From an uncultured delta proteobacterium (lineage in GTDB: Bacteria > Myxococcota_A > Polyangia > Polyangiales > B10-G4), in contig CAVSGI010000021.1 of NCBI GenBank assembly GCA_963727445.1, forward strand, positions 608,001 through 672,000: a stretch of DNA of 64,000 bases. The letters are read 5' to 3'. The notes under the pieces were generated by a model, which saw nothing but the letters and a program-made list of their open reading frames with translations, was not told where the DNA came from and made no database searches. The first letter of the stretch is position 1. The number at the start of each line of letters is the position of its first letter. The position numbers and the translations under genes are program-made. Shown in pieces: positions 50,991-60,134 of the stretch.

Positions 50991-51662
50991 GTGGTAGACG
51001 AGCCGAAAGTGGACGAAGCGACCCCCGAGACCCCCGCCGAGGAGGAGGTGCAGGCCCCAGCCCGCAAGCGTGGCCTGCGTTGGGAGCACGTTCGCACCGT
51101 CGCCCTCGCCGTGCTCCTGGCCTTGAGCATCCGGGCGGGTCTGGCCCAGGCATATCTGGTGGAAGGACCCTCCATGGAGCCGACCCTCCAGAACGGTGAG
51201 CGCGTCCTGGTGGTGAAGTACCCCTATGGTCTGACGCTCCCCACCGCGGAGCAGGCGCTGATCAACTGGTCGCGCCCGGAGCTCGGCGACGTGGTCATCC
51301 TCGCGAGCCCCATCGACGGCACCGACCTCGTCAAGCGCGTGGTGGGGCTGCCCGGCGATCGGGTCGCCATCCGCGACGGCGAGGTCTTCGTGAACGGCCG
51401 CGCCCTCGCCACCGGTGTCACCGGGGACTGTCCGCCGCCGGTCGACGAAGAAGGCTGCGTCTGGACCGAAGAGAGCTCGGGCCCCAACCACTGGCACACC
51501 CGTCGCTCACCCTACAGCGTCCCGGAGACGCACCCTCCGATCATCGTGCCCCAGGGATCGGTCTACGTGCTCGGCGATCACCGCGATCGCAGCAACGACA
51601 GTCGCTACTTCGGGCCCGTCGCCGTGAGCCGGGTTCGCGGACGCGTCGTCTTCGTCGACTGA
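50991..51662 (+). CDS. lepB: Signal peptidase I
   Basis: TM, GPSMEPTL (Ser), VKRVVGLPGD (Lys), GDHRDRSNDSRYFG; start approximate. Confidence 0.9.
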   Translation: MVDEPKVDEATPETPAEEEVQAPARKRGLRWEHVRTVALAVLLALSIRAGLAQAYLVEGPSMEPTLQNGERVLVVKYPYGLTLPTAEQALINWSRPELGDVVILASPIDGTDLVKRVVGLPGDRVAIRDGEVFVNGRALATGVTGDCPPPVDEEGCVWTEESSGPNHWHTRRSPYSVPETHPPIIVPQGSVYVLGDHRDRSNDSRYFGPVAVSRVRGRVVFVD

Positions 51663-51671
51663 CGCGCGCCG

Positions 51672-52163
51672 TCAGACCGGCGCGAGCCGCTGAGCCAGGT
51701 GCATGAAGAAGCGACCCAGGTCGTGACGCAGGTCCGACCACGCCTCGCGCATCTGCTCGCGGAAGGGACGCGCAGGCTTCAGCACCAACGAGCCGCCGAT
51801 CACCACTTCGCGCGTCGGCTCACGGCGCTGGATCTCGAAGGGCACGGTCTCGTCGCGTCGCTTCTTCGCGGTCTCGAAGCGCGGCGCGGTCTGGTCTTCA
51901 CGCTCGGGCTTCAGGTAGCTGAGCTCCATCACCAGGCTCGGCGTGTCGCCATCGATGTCGACGCTGATCCAGTCGATGCTCGCCGTTCGCCCCTCGGCGT
52001 CCCGCACGTTGCTCGACAGCTTCAAGAAGGGGAGCGCCTGGCTCACGGTCAGGCCCTCGGGGCCACGCCGCATCACGTTCGTGCGGACCGGCGATCCCAG
52101 GGTTTCGAGGTGCAGGCTCGTTCTCTCCATGCCGTTCATTTCGCCCTCCAACCTCTGGACCAT
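51672..52163 (-). CDS. Hypothetical protein
   Basis: SD GGGGAG, coding-like bias, beta-rich core and amphipathic C-terminal helix; no family recognised. Confidence 0.6.
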   Translation of the reverse strand: MVQRLEGEMNGMERTSLHLETLGSPVRTNVMRRGPEGLTVSQALPFLKLSSNVRDAEGRTASIDWISVDIDGDTPSLVMELSYLKPEREDQTAPRFETAKKRRDETVPFEIQRREPTREVVIGGSLVLKPARPFREQMREAWSDLRHDLGRFFMHLAQRLAPV

Positions 52164-52207
52164 CTCCCCGTCGCCGACGAGTGTCCAAAAAGTGCGCGAC
52201 AGCTCTC

Positions 52208-52915
52208 TCAGGTGGCTCGCAGCCAGGCGTCGAGCAGGTCCGTTACCGCGCGAATTTTGGGTGCATCATCGTAATCGGGATAGTGGGCGAAGGGGTCGAT
52301 CAGCACCGCGCCCATCCCGGCGGCGCGAGCGCCATCGACGTCCACCGTCGGGACGTCGCCCACGTAGATCGCGTCCTTCGCCTCGACGTTCATCCGCGAC
52401 AGGGCGCGGCGGAAGATCTCCGGATCGGGCTTCGAGATCCCTTCGACGCCCGAGTCGACGATCACCTCGACGAGCGGGCTCACGCCGACGTGCGCGAGGA
52501 TCTCGGCGACCCGCCCTTCGGAGTTGGAGACCACGCCCAGGCGTAGCCCTTCGGCCTTCGCGTGCGCGAGCGCCGGGAGCAGTCCTTCGGGAACGCGACG
52601 CCACAGGTTGAGCTCGTCGTGCGCCTCGCGCAGGAGGCGCACCAGCGCCGGTGCGCGCGTGTGCTCCACACCGGCGGCTTCGAGGAGCGCCTGCATGTGG
52701 GTGAACCACCCCTCGTCATGAGAGCCGCCCTCGGCGAGGAGCGCCTCGTAGCGTCGTTTCGCGGGCGCCTGCGCGTCGCGGATCACTTCGGGGGCGATCT
52801 CCACGCCCGCGCGCGCCCGGAGCTCTTCGGACACCGCCTCCTCGTCGAGAAAAATGACGGTGTTGCCCGCATCGAGAAGCAGCGCGCCTGGGCGCTCGGG
52901 CAGCTTTGGGGTCAC
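52208..52915 (-). CDS. HAD-superfamily hydrolase (subfamily IA)
   Basis: LLDAGNT, VVSN, KPDPEIF, YVGD..VDVDGA. Confidence 0.88.
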   Translation of the reverse strand: MTPKLPERPGALLLDAGNTVIFLDEEAVSEELRARAGVEIAPEVIRDAQAPAKRRYEALLAEGGSHDEGWFTHMQALLEAAGVEHTRAPALVRLLREAHDELNLWRRVPEGLLPALAHAKAEGLRLGVVSNSEGRVAEILAHVGVSPLVEVIVDSGVEGISKPDPEIFRRALSRMNVEAKDAIYVGDVPTVDVDGARAAGMGAVLIDPFAHYPDYDDAPKIRAVTDLLDAWLRAT

Positions 52916-53022
52916 GAGGTGCGCACTCCCGGCTCGTGCCCACTGCGCTCCGGCCCCGCTCCGCGCCGCTGGGCGGCGCTCTGCGGGTCCTTCCGCTCCG
53001 TGGTCACGAGCCTTCTCGGGGA

Positions 53023-53406
53023 CTACAGAAGGTCGAGCAAGCGCCTTGCGCGCTGGCCCGCGACTTCGAGGAGCTCCTTCGCCTCGTCTTCGGGGATGTG
53101 GAGCTTGGCGACCAGCTCGTTCAGCACCTTGACCTCGTCATCGGTCTGGCGACCGTCGATGTAGGTGACGATCACCGCGTGCTGGAGCAGGAGGCGGCGG
53201 TCGTGGGCCGAGAGCTCGGTCAGCGGAACGTCGTCGAGGGAGCGCGGCGTCTTGGCGTACTCCCGCACCTGGTTCGCGTCGTCCCCTTTGATCTCGAACG
53301 CGGACAGGAGGGCCTCGATGACCTCCGACTCCTCGTCCTCCATCCGGCCGTCCGCCCAGGCGACGGCGACCAGCGACTTCACCATGGCTTCCTGATGATC
53401 CTCCAT
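53023..53406 (-). CDS. TerB-like domain protein
   Basis: VAWADGRMEDEE and YIDGRQTDDE paired motifs; SD AGGAGG. Confidence 0.8.
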   Translation of the reverse strand: MEDHQEAMVKSLVAVAWADGRMEDEESEVIEALLSAFEIKGDDANQVREYAKTPRSLDDVPLTELSAHDRRLLLQHAVIVTYIDGRQTDDEVKVLNELVAKLHIPEDEAKELLEVAGQRARRLLDLL

Positions 53407-53425
53407 GGACCCTCCTAGGGCGGCG

Positions 53426-53435
53426 AGGCTACCAT
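53426..53435. promoter_or_regulatory. Overlapping divergent -10 hexamers (TACCAT on +, TAGCCT on -)
   Basis: In the 38-bp gap between the divergent TerB-like and tldD genes; same geometry as 4206-4215. Confidence 0.5.
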
Positions 53436-53444
53436 TCGCGAGCG

Positions 53445-54892
53445 ATGAACGAAAACAGGTATGAGGCGCCTTTCAATCCCGGGGGGCCCTCCGCGATCGA
53501 CGCCAAAATCGCCGAGCGGCTCCTCGCCGCCGCGCTGTCACGAGGTGGTGACTATGCCGACCTCTTCTTCGAATACGAAGTCGGGGGAGCTACTCCTTCG
53601 ACGAGGGGATCCTCAAGGCCGCCGGCCGGGCGGTGACCATGGGTCTCGGTGTCCGCGTGATGAAGGGCGACGCCACCGGCTACGCCTACGTGGAGGAGCT
53701 CACCGAGGAGGCGATGCTGCACGCGGCCAAGACCGCTGCGCAGATCGCGGACGGCGGCGGCGCGCCGGCGCCCATCGGGCTCACCCGTCGAGAGCCGGCG
53801 GCGCGCTATCCGATCGGGACGCTCTCCCTCGACGTCGCCGGCGCCGAGAAGCGCGCGCTCCTCGAGCGCGCCGACACCACGGCGCGCGCCGCGGACAGCC
53901 GCATCGTTCGCGTCGACGCGTCCTTCTACGAGAACGTTCGCGAGATCCTCATCGCCACCAGCGACGGCAAGATGGTGCACGACCGCCAGCCGCTGATCCG
54001 CTTCGGCGTCCGCGCCATCGCGGAGGATGGTGGCAAGCGTCAATCGGGATCCTCCGGGGGCGGCGGCCGCATCGGTCTCGAGTACTTCGACGACAAGTCG
54101 CCGGAGTGGCATGCGAAGGAGGCAGTGCGACAGGCCGTCGCGATGCTCGACGCGCGCGAGGCGCCCGCTGGAGAGCTGGAGGTGGTGCTCGCGCCGGGCG
54201 ACAGCGGGATCCTCCTTCACGAGGCGGTCGGCCACGGGCTCGAGGCCGACTTCAATCGCAAAGGGACCAGCAACTACACGAACAAGATCGGCGAGGTTGT
54301 CGCCTCCGAGCTCTGCACAGTGGTCGACGACGCGCGGCTGGCGAACTCGCGCGGGGCGATCAACGTCGACGACGAGGGCAACACCCCCGAAGAGGCGGTG
54401 CTGATCGAGAACGGGATCCTGCGCGGCTACATGCAGGATCAGCACTCGGCGAAGTTCTTCCACGTCGGGCCCACGGGCAACGGCCGGCGCGAGAGCTTCA
54501 AGAGCCACCCGATGCCCCGCATGACCAACACCATGCTCCTCGCCGGCGAGTCGGATCCGGAGGAGATCCTCGCCTCGGTGAAGTACGGCGTCTACGCCCG
54601 CAAGTTCGGCGGCGGCCAGGTGGACATCTCCAACGGAGACTTCGTCTTCTCCCTCACCGAGGGCTACTTGATCGAGGACGGAAAGCTCACCGCGCCGCTC
54701 AAGGGAGTGAACCTGATCGGCAATGGACCCGACGTGATGCGGAAGGTGGAGATGTTGGGCAACGACATGGAGACCTCGGACGGGATCTGGACCTGCGGCA
54801 AGGACGGTCAGTCCGTGCCGGTCGGTGTCGGCTGTCCGACCGTGAAGATCAGCGCGGTCACCGTCGGTGGCACCGACATCGGGAGGGGCTGA
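53445..54892 (+). CDS. tldD: TldD metalloprotease (frameshift in the G-run near 53583-53587)
   Basis: GGDYADLFFE, GLGVRV, LLHEAVGHGLEAD (HExxxH), GNGRRES..PRMTNT, CGKDGQSVPV. Confidence 0.9.
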
Positions 54893-56265
54893 TGGCGGCC
54901 GACGAACGATACGAGGCCCTCATCGCGCTCGGTGAGCGTGTGGTCGAGGCCGCCCAGAAGGGTGGGGCGACCGTCGCTGAAGCGTCGGTGCGCGAAGGCT
55001 CTCACCTCACCGCGAAGATCCGCATGCGGGAGCCGGAGCTCGTCGAGGAGGCTGGCTCGCGCGCGCTCGGCCTCAGGGTGATGATCGGCCAGCAGGTCGC
55101 GGTGTCCTACACCAGCGACTTGAGCGATGCCGGCGTGAACCGGCTGGTCGAGGATGCGCTCGAGCTCGCGCAGCTCTCCGAGCCGGATCCTTTCGCGGGC
55201 CCGCCGGACCCCTCGCTGTTGTCGACGCGAGAACAACACGCGGAGCTCGAGCTCTTCGACGAGGACATGGGCAACCTCGGTGCCGGCGAGGCGATCGCGC
55301 GCGCCAAGGAAGGGGAGGCCGCGGCCCTCGACAGCGACGCGCGGATCACCAACAGCGACGGGTCGACCTTCTCGCGGGCCGCGGGTGGCGGCGTCCTCGT
55401 CACCAGCGGCGGCTTCCGCGGCGGGAGCCGCGGCACCTACGCGTCGCTCTCGGTGGTGCCGGTGGCGGCGGACGCAGACGGCAAGAACCGCCGCGGCTAT
55501 CACTGGAGCGCCAAGCGTCACCTCGAGGAGCTCGACACCGCGAAGTCGGTCGGCCTCGAAGCAGCGCGGCGCACGCTGCGCAAGCTGGGCGCCCAGAAGG
55601 TCGACACCCAGGAAGCGCCGGTGGTCTTCGATCCCGATGCGGCGCGCTCCATCCTCGGCCTTCTCGCCGGCTGCGTGAACGGGAGCGCCATCTGGCGCAA
55701 GACCAGCTACCTCCTCGACAAGGCCGGCGAGCAGATCGCGAGCGATCTGGTCACGATCGTCGACGACCCCCTGATCCCGCGGGCGCCCGGGTCCCGTCCC
55801 TACGACGGCGAGGGGCTCTTGTCGCGAAAGAACCTGGTGGTGGAAAAGGGCGTGCTGCGCACCTTCCTCCTCGACAGCTACTCGGCGCGCAAGCTCGACC
55901 AAGAGAGCACGGCGAGCGCCAGTCGCGGCTCGAGCGGAGGTGTCGGGCCTTCGACTTCGAACTTCATCCTCTCCCCCGGCGACGTGAGTCACGACGATCT
56001 GCTGAAGAGCACGAAGAAGGGGCTCTACGTCACGGAGATGATGGGATTCGGCTTCAACGCGGTGACAGGCGATTTCAGCCGGGGCGCTGCCGGCTTCTGG
56101 ATCGAGAACGGCGAGCTCGCCTTTCCGGTCTCCGAGGTCACCATCTCGCTGAACCTCGACCAGCTCCTCAAGCGCATCGACGCCGTCGCCGACGACCTCG
56201 ATCTGCGCACATCGGTCGCGGCGCCGACCTTCCGCGTCAGCGCGATGACCATCGCAGGACGTTGA
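54892..56265 (+). CDS. pmbA: PmbA/TldE protein
   Basis: PYDGEG, GFNAVTGDFSRGAAGFWIENG, lacks HExxxH; TGATG coupling with tldD. Confidence 0.9.
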   Translation: MAADERYEALIALGERVVEAAQKGGATVAEASVREGSHLTAKIRMREPELVEEAGSRALGLRVMIGQQVAVSYTSDLSDAGVNRLVEDALELAQLSEPDPFAGPPDPSLLSTREQHAELELFDEDMGNLGAGEAIARAKEGEAAALDSDARITNSDGSTFSRAAGGGVLVTSGGFRGGSRGTYASLSVVPVAADADGKNRRGYHWSAKRHLEELDTAKSVGLEAARRTLRKLGAQKVDTQEAPVVFDPDAARSILGLLAGCVNGSAIWRKTSYLLDKAGEQIASDLVTIVDDPLIPRAPGSRPYDGEGLLSRKNLVVEKGVLRTFLLDSYSARKLDQESTASASRGSSGGVGPSTSNFILSPGDVSHDDLLKSTKKGLYVTEMMGFGFNAVTGDFSRGAAGFWIENGELAFPVSEVTISLNLDQLLKRIDAVADDLDLRTSVAAPTFRVSAMTIAGR

Positions 56266-56279
56266 GCCCCTTCGAAGCG

Positions 56280-56789
56280 ATGAGAGGCCACCTCCTCGTG
56301 AGCCTCGTGATCCATGGATGCGGTGGCGGAGGCGGCGCGCCCGCGCCCGCTCCCCAAAGCGCCGTGATCGCCCCGACCGCGGTGACGCCGGCACCGACCG
56401 CCGCCGGCCTCGAGGAGCGCGCCGTCAGCGTGAGCTGGAGCGACGCCACCGCGACCCACGGCTGCTTCTTCTTCAGCGGTCCGCCGGTCCCCGGGGTCGA
56501 GATTCGCGAGGTACACGGGGCGCGCGCGACCTTGCGCCGTGAGCAGGGCACGCTCAGCCTCGACTTCGGACAGGGCGCGATCTTTCGGGGTCCCGAGGAG
56601 ACGGCGAACCTCTCGCGCGAAGAGTCCTACGACTATCACGGCAAGTGGAGCATCACCGAGACCATCCGCTTCGATGTAGTCGGTGACGGGATCTGGTCTG
56701 GCACCTACGCGTACGAGGAATGCGAGATCGACTCGGGTCGACCATGCCCCGGGAGCTGTCGACTCGACGCGAAGATCGCGCTCGAGTAA
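56280..56789 (+). CDS. Hypothetical (lipo)protein
   Basis: Short signal with IHGC-GGG, Pro/Ala linker, GCFFFSGP core, terminal Cys cluster. Confidence 0.6.
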   Translation: MRGHLLVSLVIHGCGGGGGAPAPAPQSAVIAPTAVTPAPTAAGLEERAVSVSWSDATATHGCFFFSGPPVPGVEIREVHGARATLRREQGTLSLDFGQGAIFRGPEETANLSREESYDYHGKWSITETIRFDVVGDGIWSGTYAYEECEIDSGRPCPGSCRLDAKIALE

Positions 56790-56880
56790 TCGAGGAAGCT
56801 GTCCCACACGAACGCACGTGAGCCTACCGATGTCCGTCCTCTCCATTGTCTCGCGAGGCTGGGCAGGTAGGATCGGACCC

Positions 56881-58338
56881 ATGCTCCGTCGCGCGGCGTG
56901 GTCTGCGTTGTTCGTGCTCCTCGGCTGTGGACGCATCGGCTACGGCGACTTGGACGCTTCGGTCCCACCGCTCGACCCCGATGGGTCGACCGACACGTCG
57001 CCGCCGGACACGTCGATCGAGGCCGATTCTTCGGTGGTGCTCGACGGCATGACGGGGACGGTGGGCGTCACGGTCGAGCTCGCGCTCGAGCGGCAAGCGA
57101 CGGCCGTCGCTCTCCCGGAGCGTCTCCCCGCGGCGGTCACCAGTCCAGCGGCGACCGCTGACGGAAACCTCGTCTACGTCGCCGGCGGCTCCCAAGACGC
57201 GTTTTCCGCGTCGAACTGCACGCGAGACGTGGTGGTCTACGATCCCGTCGCCGGCATGATGAGCATGACCGACGAGCTCCCGGTGAGCGTCCAGGGGCTG
57301 GGGCTGCTCCAGGTGGGTGACACCCTGCACAGCGTCATGGGCTTCTGCGGAGGCAGTGGCACCGACGAGCGCAGCGTGTACCGCCATCCGATGGGCGGCG
57401 CGACGCCAGAGCTGGTGGGATTGTTCGACACCGGCGCCTACTACACCACGGCCGGGGTGATCTCCGATGGCTCAGGCACCCCGAAGCTCATCGTCGCCGG
57501 TGGGTTCGGCTCGGGGCCGCTCCGCGACTTCGTCCAGATCATGGACCCCACCGACGGGACCGCGACCACCCTCGCCTCGACCCTGCCTTCCCATCGCTGC
57601 CTCGCATCGGGCGTGTCGGTGGAGGCCCGGTTCTACCTCTTCGGCGGAAGCCTCAACACCAACTGCGTGCCACCGACCAGCTCCACCGACCCCGATCTCA
57701 CGAGCGAGATCCTGCGCATCACCCTCGCCCCCACGGAGTCGGTCGAGGTGGTCGGAAACCTTCCGGTGCCCGTCGCGGCTTCCTGCTCCGTCATGCTATC
57801 CACTGGCCAGATCGCCATCTTCGGTGGTGTCGAGTACGTCTCCGACATGGCTGGCGGCTTCACTCGGCAGGTGACGAACCGGATCCAGATCTTCACCCCG
57901 GCGTCGGGCGAGGCGATCGTGTCCGCAGCCACGCTTCCGAGCCCGCGCGCGCAGATGGGATGCGCACGCACGGCAGACGACCGGGTGCTCCTCTTCGGCG
58001 GCGTGGACGAAACAGGCGCGGCCACCGACGAGGTCCTGCTCTTCGCGCCCTACGCCTACAGCGGTGAGGGCGGCAGCGTCTTGAACTCCGGTCAGCCCGG
58101 TGCCGACTGGACCTCGCTGGTGGTGGAGGCGACCGTGCCCGACGGGACGGCGATCACGGTCGCCGTCCGCGCGATGGATGACCCCTCGTCCCCAGGCGCA
58201 TGGGTCGAGGTCACCCCCGGCGTCCTGCCCCCCGAGGTGCCCGATGGGCAGTACCTCGAGTGGCGAGCCACGCTCACCACGTCGCGTCCGAGCGTGACTC
58301 CCGCGGTCAGCAACGTTCGGGCCACGTTCGATTTCTGA
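56881..58338 (+). CDS. Kelch-repeat lipoprotein
   Basis: Lipobox LLGC-GRIGY; VYVAGG, IVAGG, YLFGG, AIFGG, LLFGG blades; C-terminal beta-sandwich GQYLEWRATL. Confidence 0.8.
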   Translation: MLRRAAWSALFVLLGCGRIGYGDLDASVPPLDPDGSTDTSPPDTSIEADSSVVLDGMTGTVGVTVELALERQATAVALPERLPAAVTSPAATADGNLVYVAGGSQDAFSASNCTRDVVVYDPVAGMMSMTDELPVSVQGLGLLQVGDTLHSVMGFCGGSGTDERSVYRHPMGGATPELVGLFDTGAYYTTAGVISDGSGTPKLIVAGGFGSGPLRDFVQIMDPTDGTATTLASTLPSHRCLASGVSVEARFYLFGGSLNTNCVPPTSSTDPDLTSEILRITLAPTESVEVVGNLPVPVAASCSVMLSTGQIAIFGGVEYVSDMAGGFTRQVTNRIQIFTPASGEAIVSAATLPSPRAQMGCARTADDRVLLFGGVDETGAATDEVLLFAPYAYSGEGGSVLNSGQPGADWTSLVVEATVPDGTAITVAVRAMDDPSSPGAWVEVTPGVLPPEVPDGQYLEWRATLTTSRPSVTPAVSNVRATFDF

Positions 58339-58409
58339 GCCGTCGGCATTCGACCCCCGCGTCGCCGGCAGGGCCCGCGCGGCGCGCGCGAGCCCTCCGG
58401 ACGACATCT

Positions 58410-59939
58410 TCACCGACGACGTTTGCGGCGGCGAGCGCGCAAGAGGATGGCGCCGAAGGCTCCCAGGAGCGGGAGCCACGACGCGAGGCTCGCGACGCGC
58501 CGCCGGCTGACGCGATCCGAAGCGCTGCAGTAGTAGCCGGAGCCGTAAGAACCACCGCCGTAGTCGCCGCTGCTCGGACAGTAGGCGTCATCCGGTGGGG
58601 GCGTCGTGTAGAAGAGCTCCTCCCCTGGTGGCTCCTCTCCCTGCACGTAGAGGCGATGCTCGGTGAAGGTGCGCTGCACCCCTGTGGCGTCGGGGATGGT
58701 GCCCGCGCCGCAGCACGCCGCGGCGATACGAACCGTGAGCTCTCGCGTCGTGGTCGGTCGATAGACCTCGGGCGCCTCCGCGACGCGCAAGTAGCTGTCC
58801 TCTTTCACCTCCTCGGTGCGGCGCACGAGCTCGATGCGCGTGAGCCAGCCGGCATCGAGGCCGAAGCCCGTGAGGGGACCAAAAGGATCGATCTGCGCCG
58901 CGTCCGAGTAGAGGAGGGTGCCGTCGCCGCTGGCCACCTCCATCTGCTCCGGGGCGAAGATGAACGCGTCGGTGACGAGCTGACCGCCCGCCGGGTCGTA
59001 TTGGAGCGCGTTCATGATCGGAAGATCGCCTCCGACCCACGTCACCACCAGCGGCGCGAGGGCCATGCGCTCGCCCCCGGTCGCGGTGGGTGTGACCTTC
59101 ACGGCCATGAACCACGCGCCCTCGGCCACGTAGCTGGCGAATGCGGCGTCGTCTATCTCGTCGTGGGCGAGGTCGTTTTCGTCGAGCCAGGTGAGCAGAG
59201 CGTCGAGGGTCGAAGCGTTGAGCATGGTGACCTCGTAGTCCTCGGTGGTCTCGATGGTCTCGCTCATGACGATCCCGTCGCCGCTCTCCTCGGTGTCCAC
59301 CGCATAGCTGTCGAGACCCGGGCGATAGTAGTCGGTGTCCGCGCAACCCATGAGCATCAGCGGCGCGCCCAGGGCGGTGTCGACGGCGTTGTCCCCGTAG
59401 TAGTGGGGGTCCGAGCACTGGTACCCGAGGCTCGGATCCTCGACGTAGTGGATGGTCTCGTCGACGTAGCCGTGTTGAAGCGCGGCCACGGCATCGAAGA
59501 CCCCGGCCGGCGCGGCGTGGACGTCCGCGCGCCGTGGCACGGGCATGATCAGCCCGGCGGTGCCGCCGTCGGCGTAGATCGCCGGCTGCACGACCACGTG
59601 GGTGAGGGTGTCGACGATGGGCGTCCCCGTCGAGCCATCCCAGCAGAGGCTCGGGTCGGGCTCTTCCTCCGGTAGCGTCTCCGGATCGAAGGGTGACGGG
59701 AGCCCGCTGGGTGGCTCCGCGGCCGGGAGCACCATCTCGGGTGGGGGCTGGGGGCAGTCGTAGTCCACGACGATGTCCGGTGCGATGACCACCATCGCCA
59801 TCGTCGTCGGATCGAAGAGCACCGGGTCCTGGCCGGAGTCGGTGCCGGGCTCCACCACGCGACATATCGCGAGGGCGCTGGGCGCAAGAAGCCATCCGGC
59901 GACCAGGACGGCCGCCGCCACGAGCTTTGGGTCTTTCAT
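58410..59939 (-). CDS. DUF2330 domain protein with a MYXO-CTERM-like sorting tail
   Basis: Signal peptide; AGLIMPVP, LLTWLDEND, YVAEGAWFMAVK; tail YYCSAS...WLPLLGAFGAILLRARRRKRRR. Confidence 0.72.
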   Translation of the reverse strand: MKDPKLVAAAVLVAGWLLAPSALAICRVVEPGTDSGQDPVLFDPTTMAMVVIAPDIVVDYDCPQPPPEMVLPAAEPPSGLPSPFDPETLPEEEPDPSLCWDGSTGTPIVDTLTHVVVQPAIYADGGTAGLIMPVPRRADVHAAPAGVFDAVAALQHGYVDETIHYVEDPSLGYQCSDPHYYGDNAVDTALGAPLMLMGCADTDYYRPGLDSYAVDTEESGDGIVMSETIETTEDYEVTMLNASTLDALLTWLDENDLAHDEIDDAAFASYVAEGAWFMAVKVTPTATGGERMALAPLVVTWVGGDLPIMNALQYDPAGGQLVTDAFIFAPEQMEVASGDGTLLYSDAAQIDPFGPLTGFGLDAGWLTRIELVRRTEEVKEDSYLRVAEAPEVYRPTTTRELTVRIAAACCGAGTIPDATGVQRTFTEHRLYVQGEEPPGEELFYTTPPPDDAYCPSSGDYGGGSYGSGYYCSASDRVSRRRVASLASWLPLLGAFGAILLRARRRKRRR

Positions 59940-60134
59940 CGTTCCTCCCTAAGTCAGCACAAGCATTCGTTCCCGGATGGGCGCGGCTTCGAAGGACGCG
60001 CGCATCCGAATCCTCAGAGAGCAACGACCGGGCCAGCGCCGGCGGGTCGAATGAAGACGGTTGCCCCGTGTGAGGAGCGACATCTGCGCCTCGGCTTGTG
60101 CCACGGCGTGGCACTGCGATATTGACCTCCGCCC

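Noticed and set aside
53023..53406. TerB as part of a ter/anti-phage island
   Set aside because: Solitary gene; no terC/terD or defence genes nearby.
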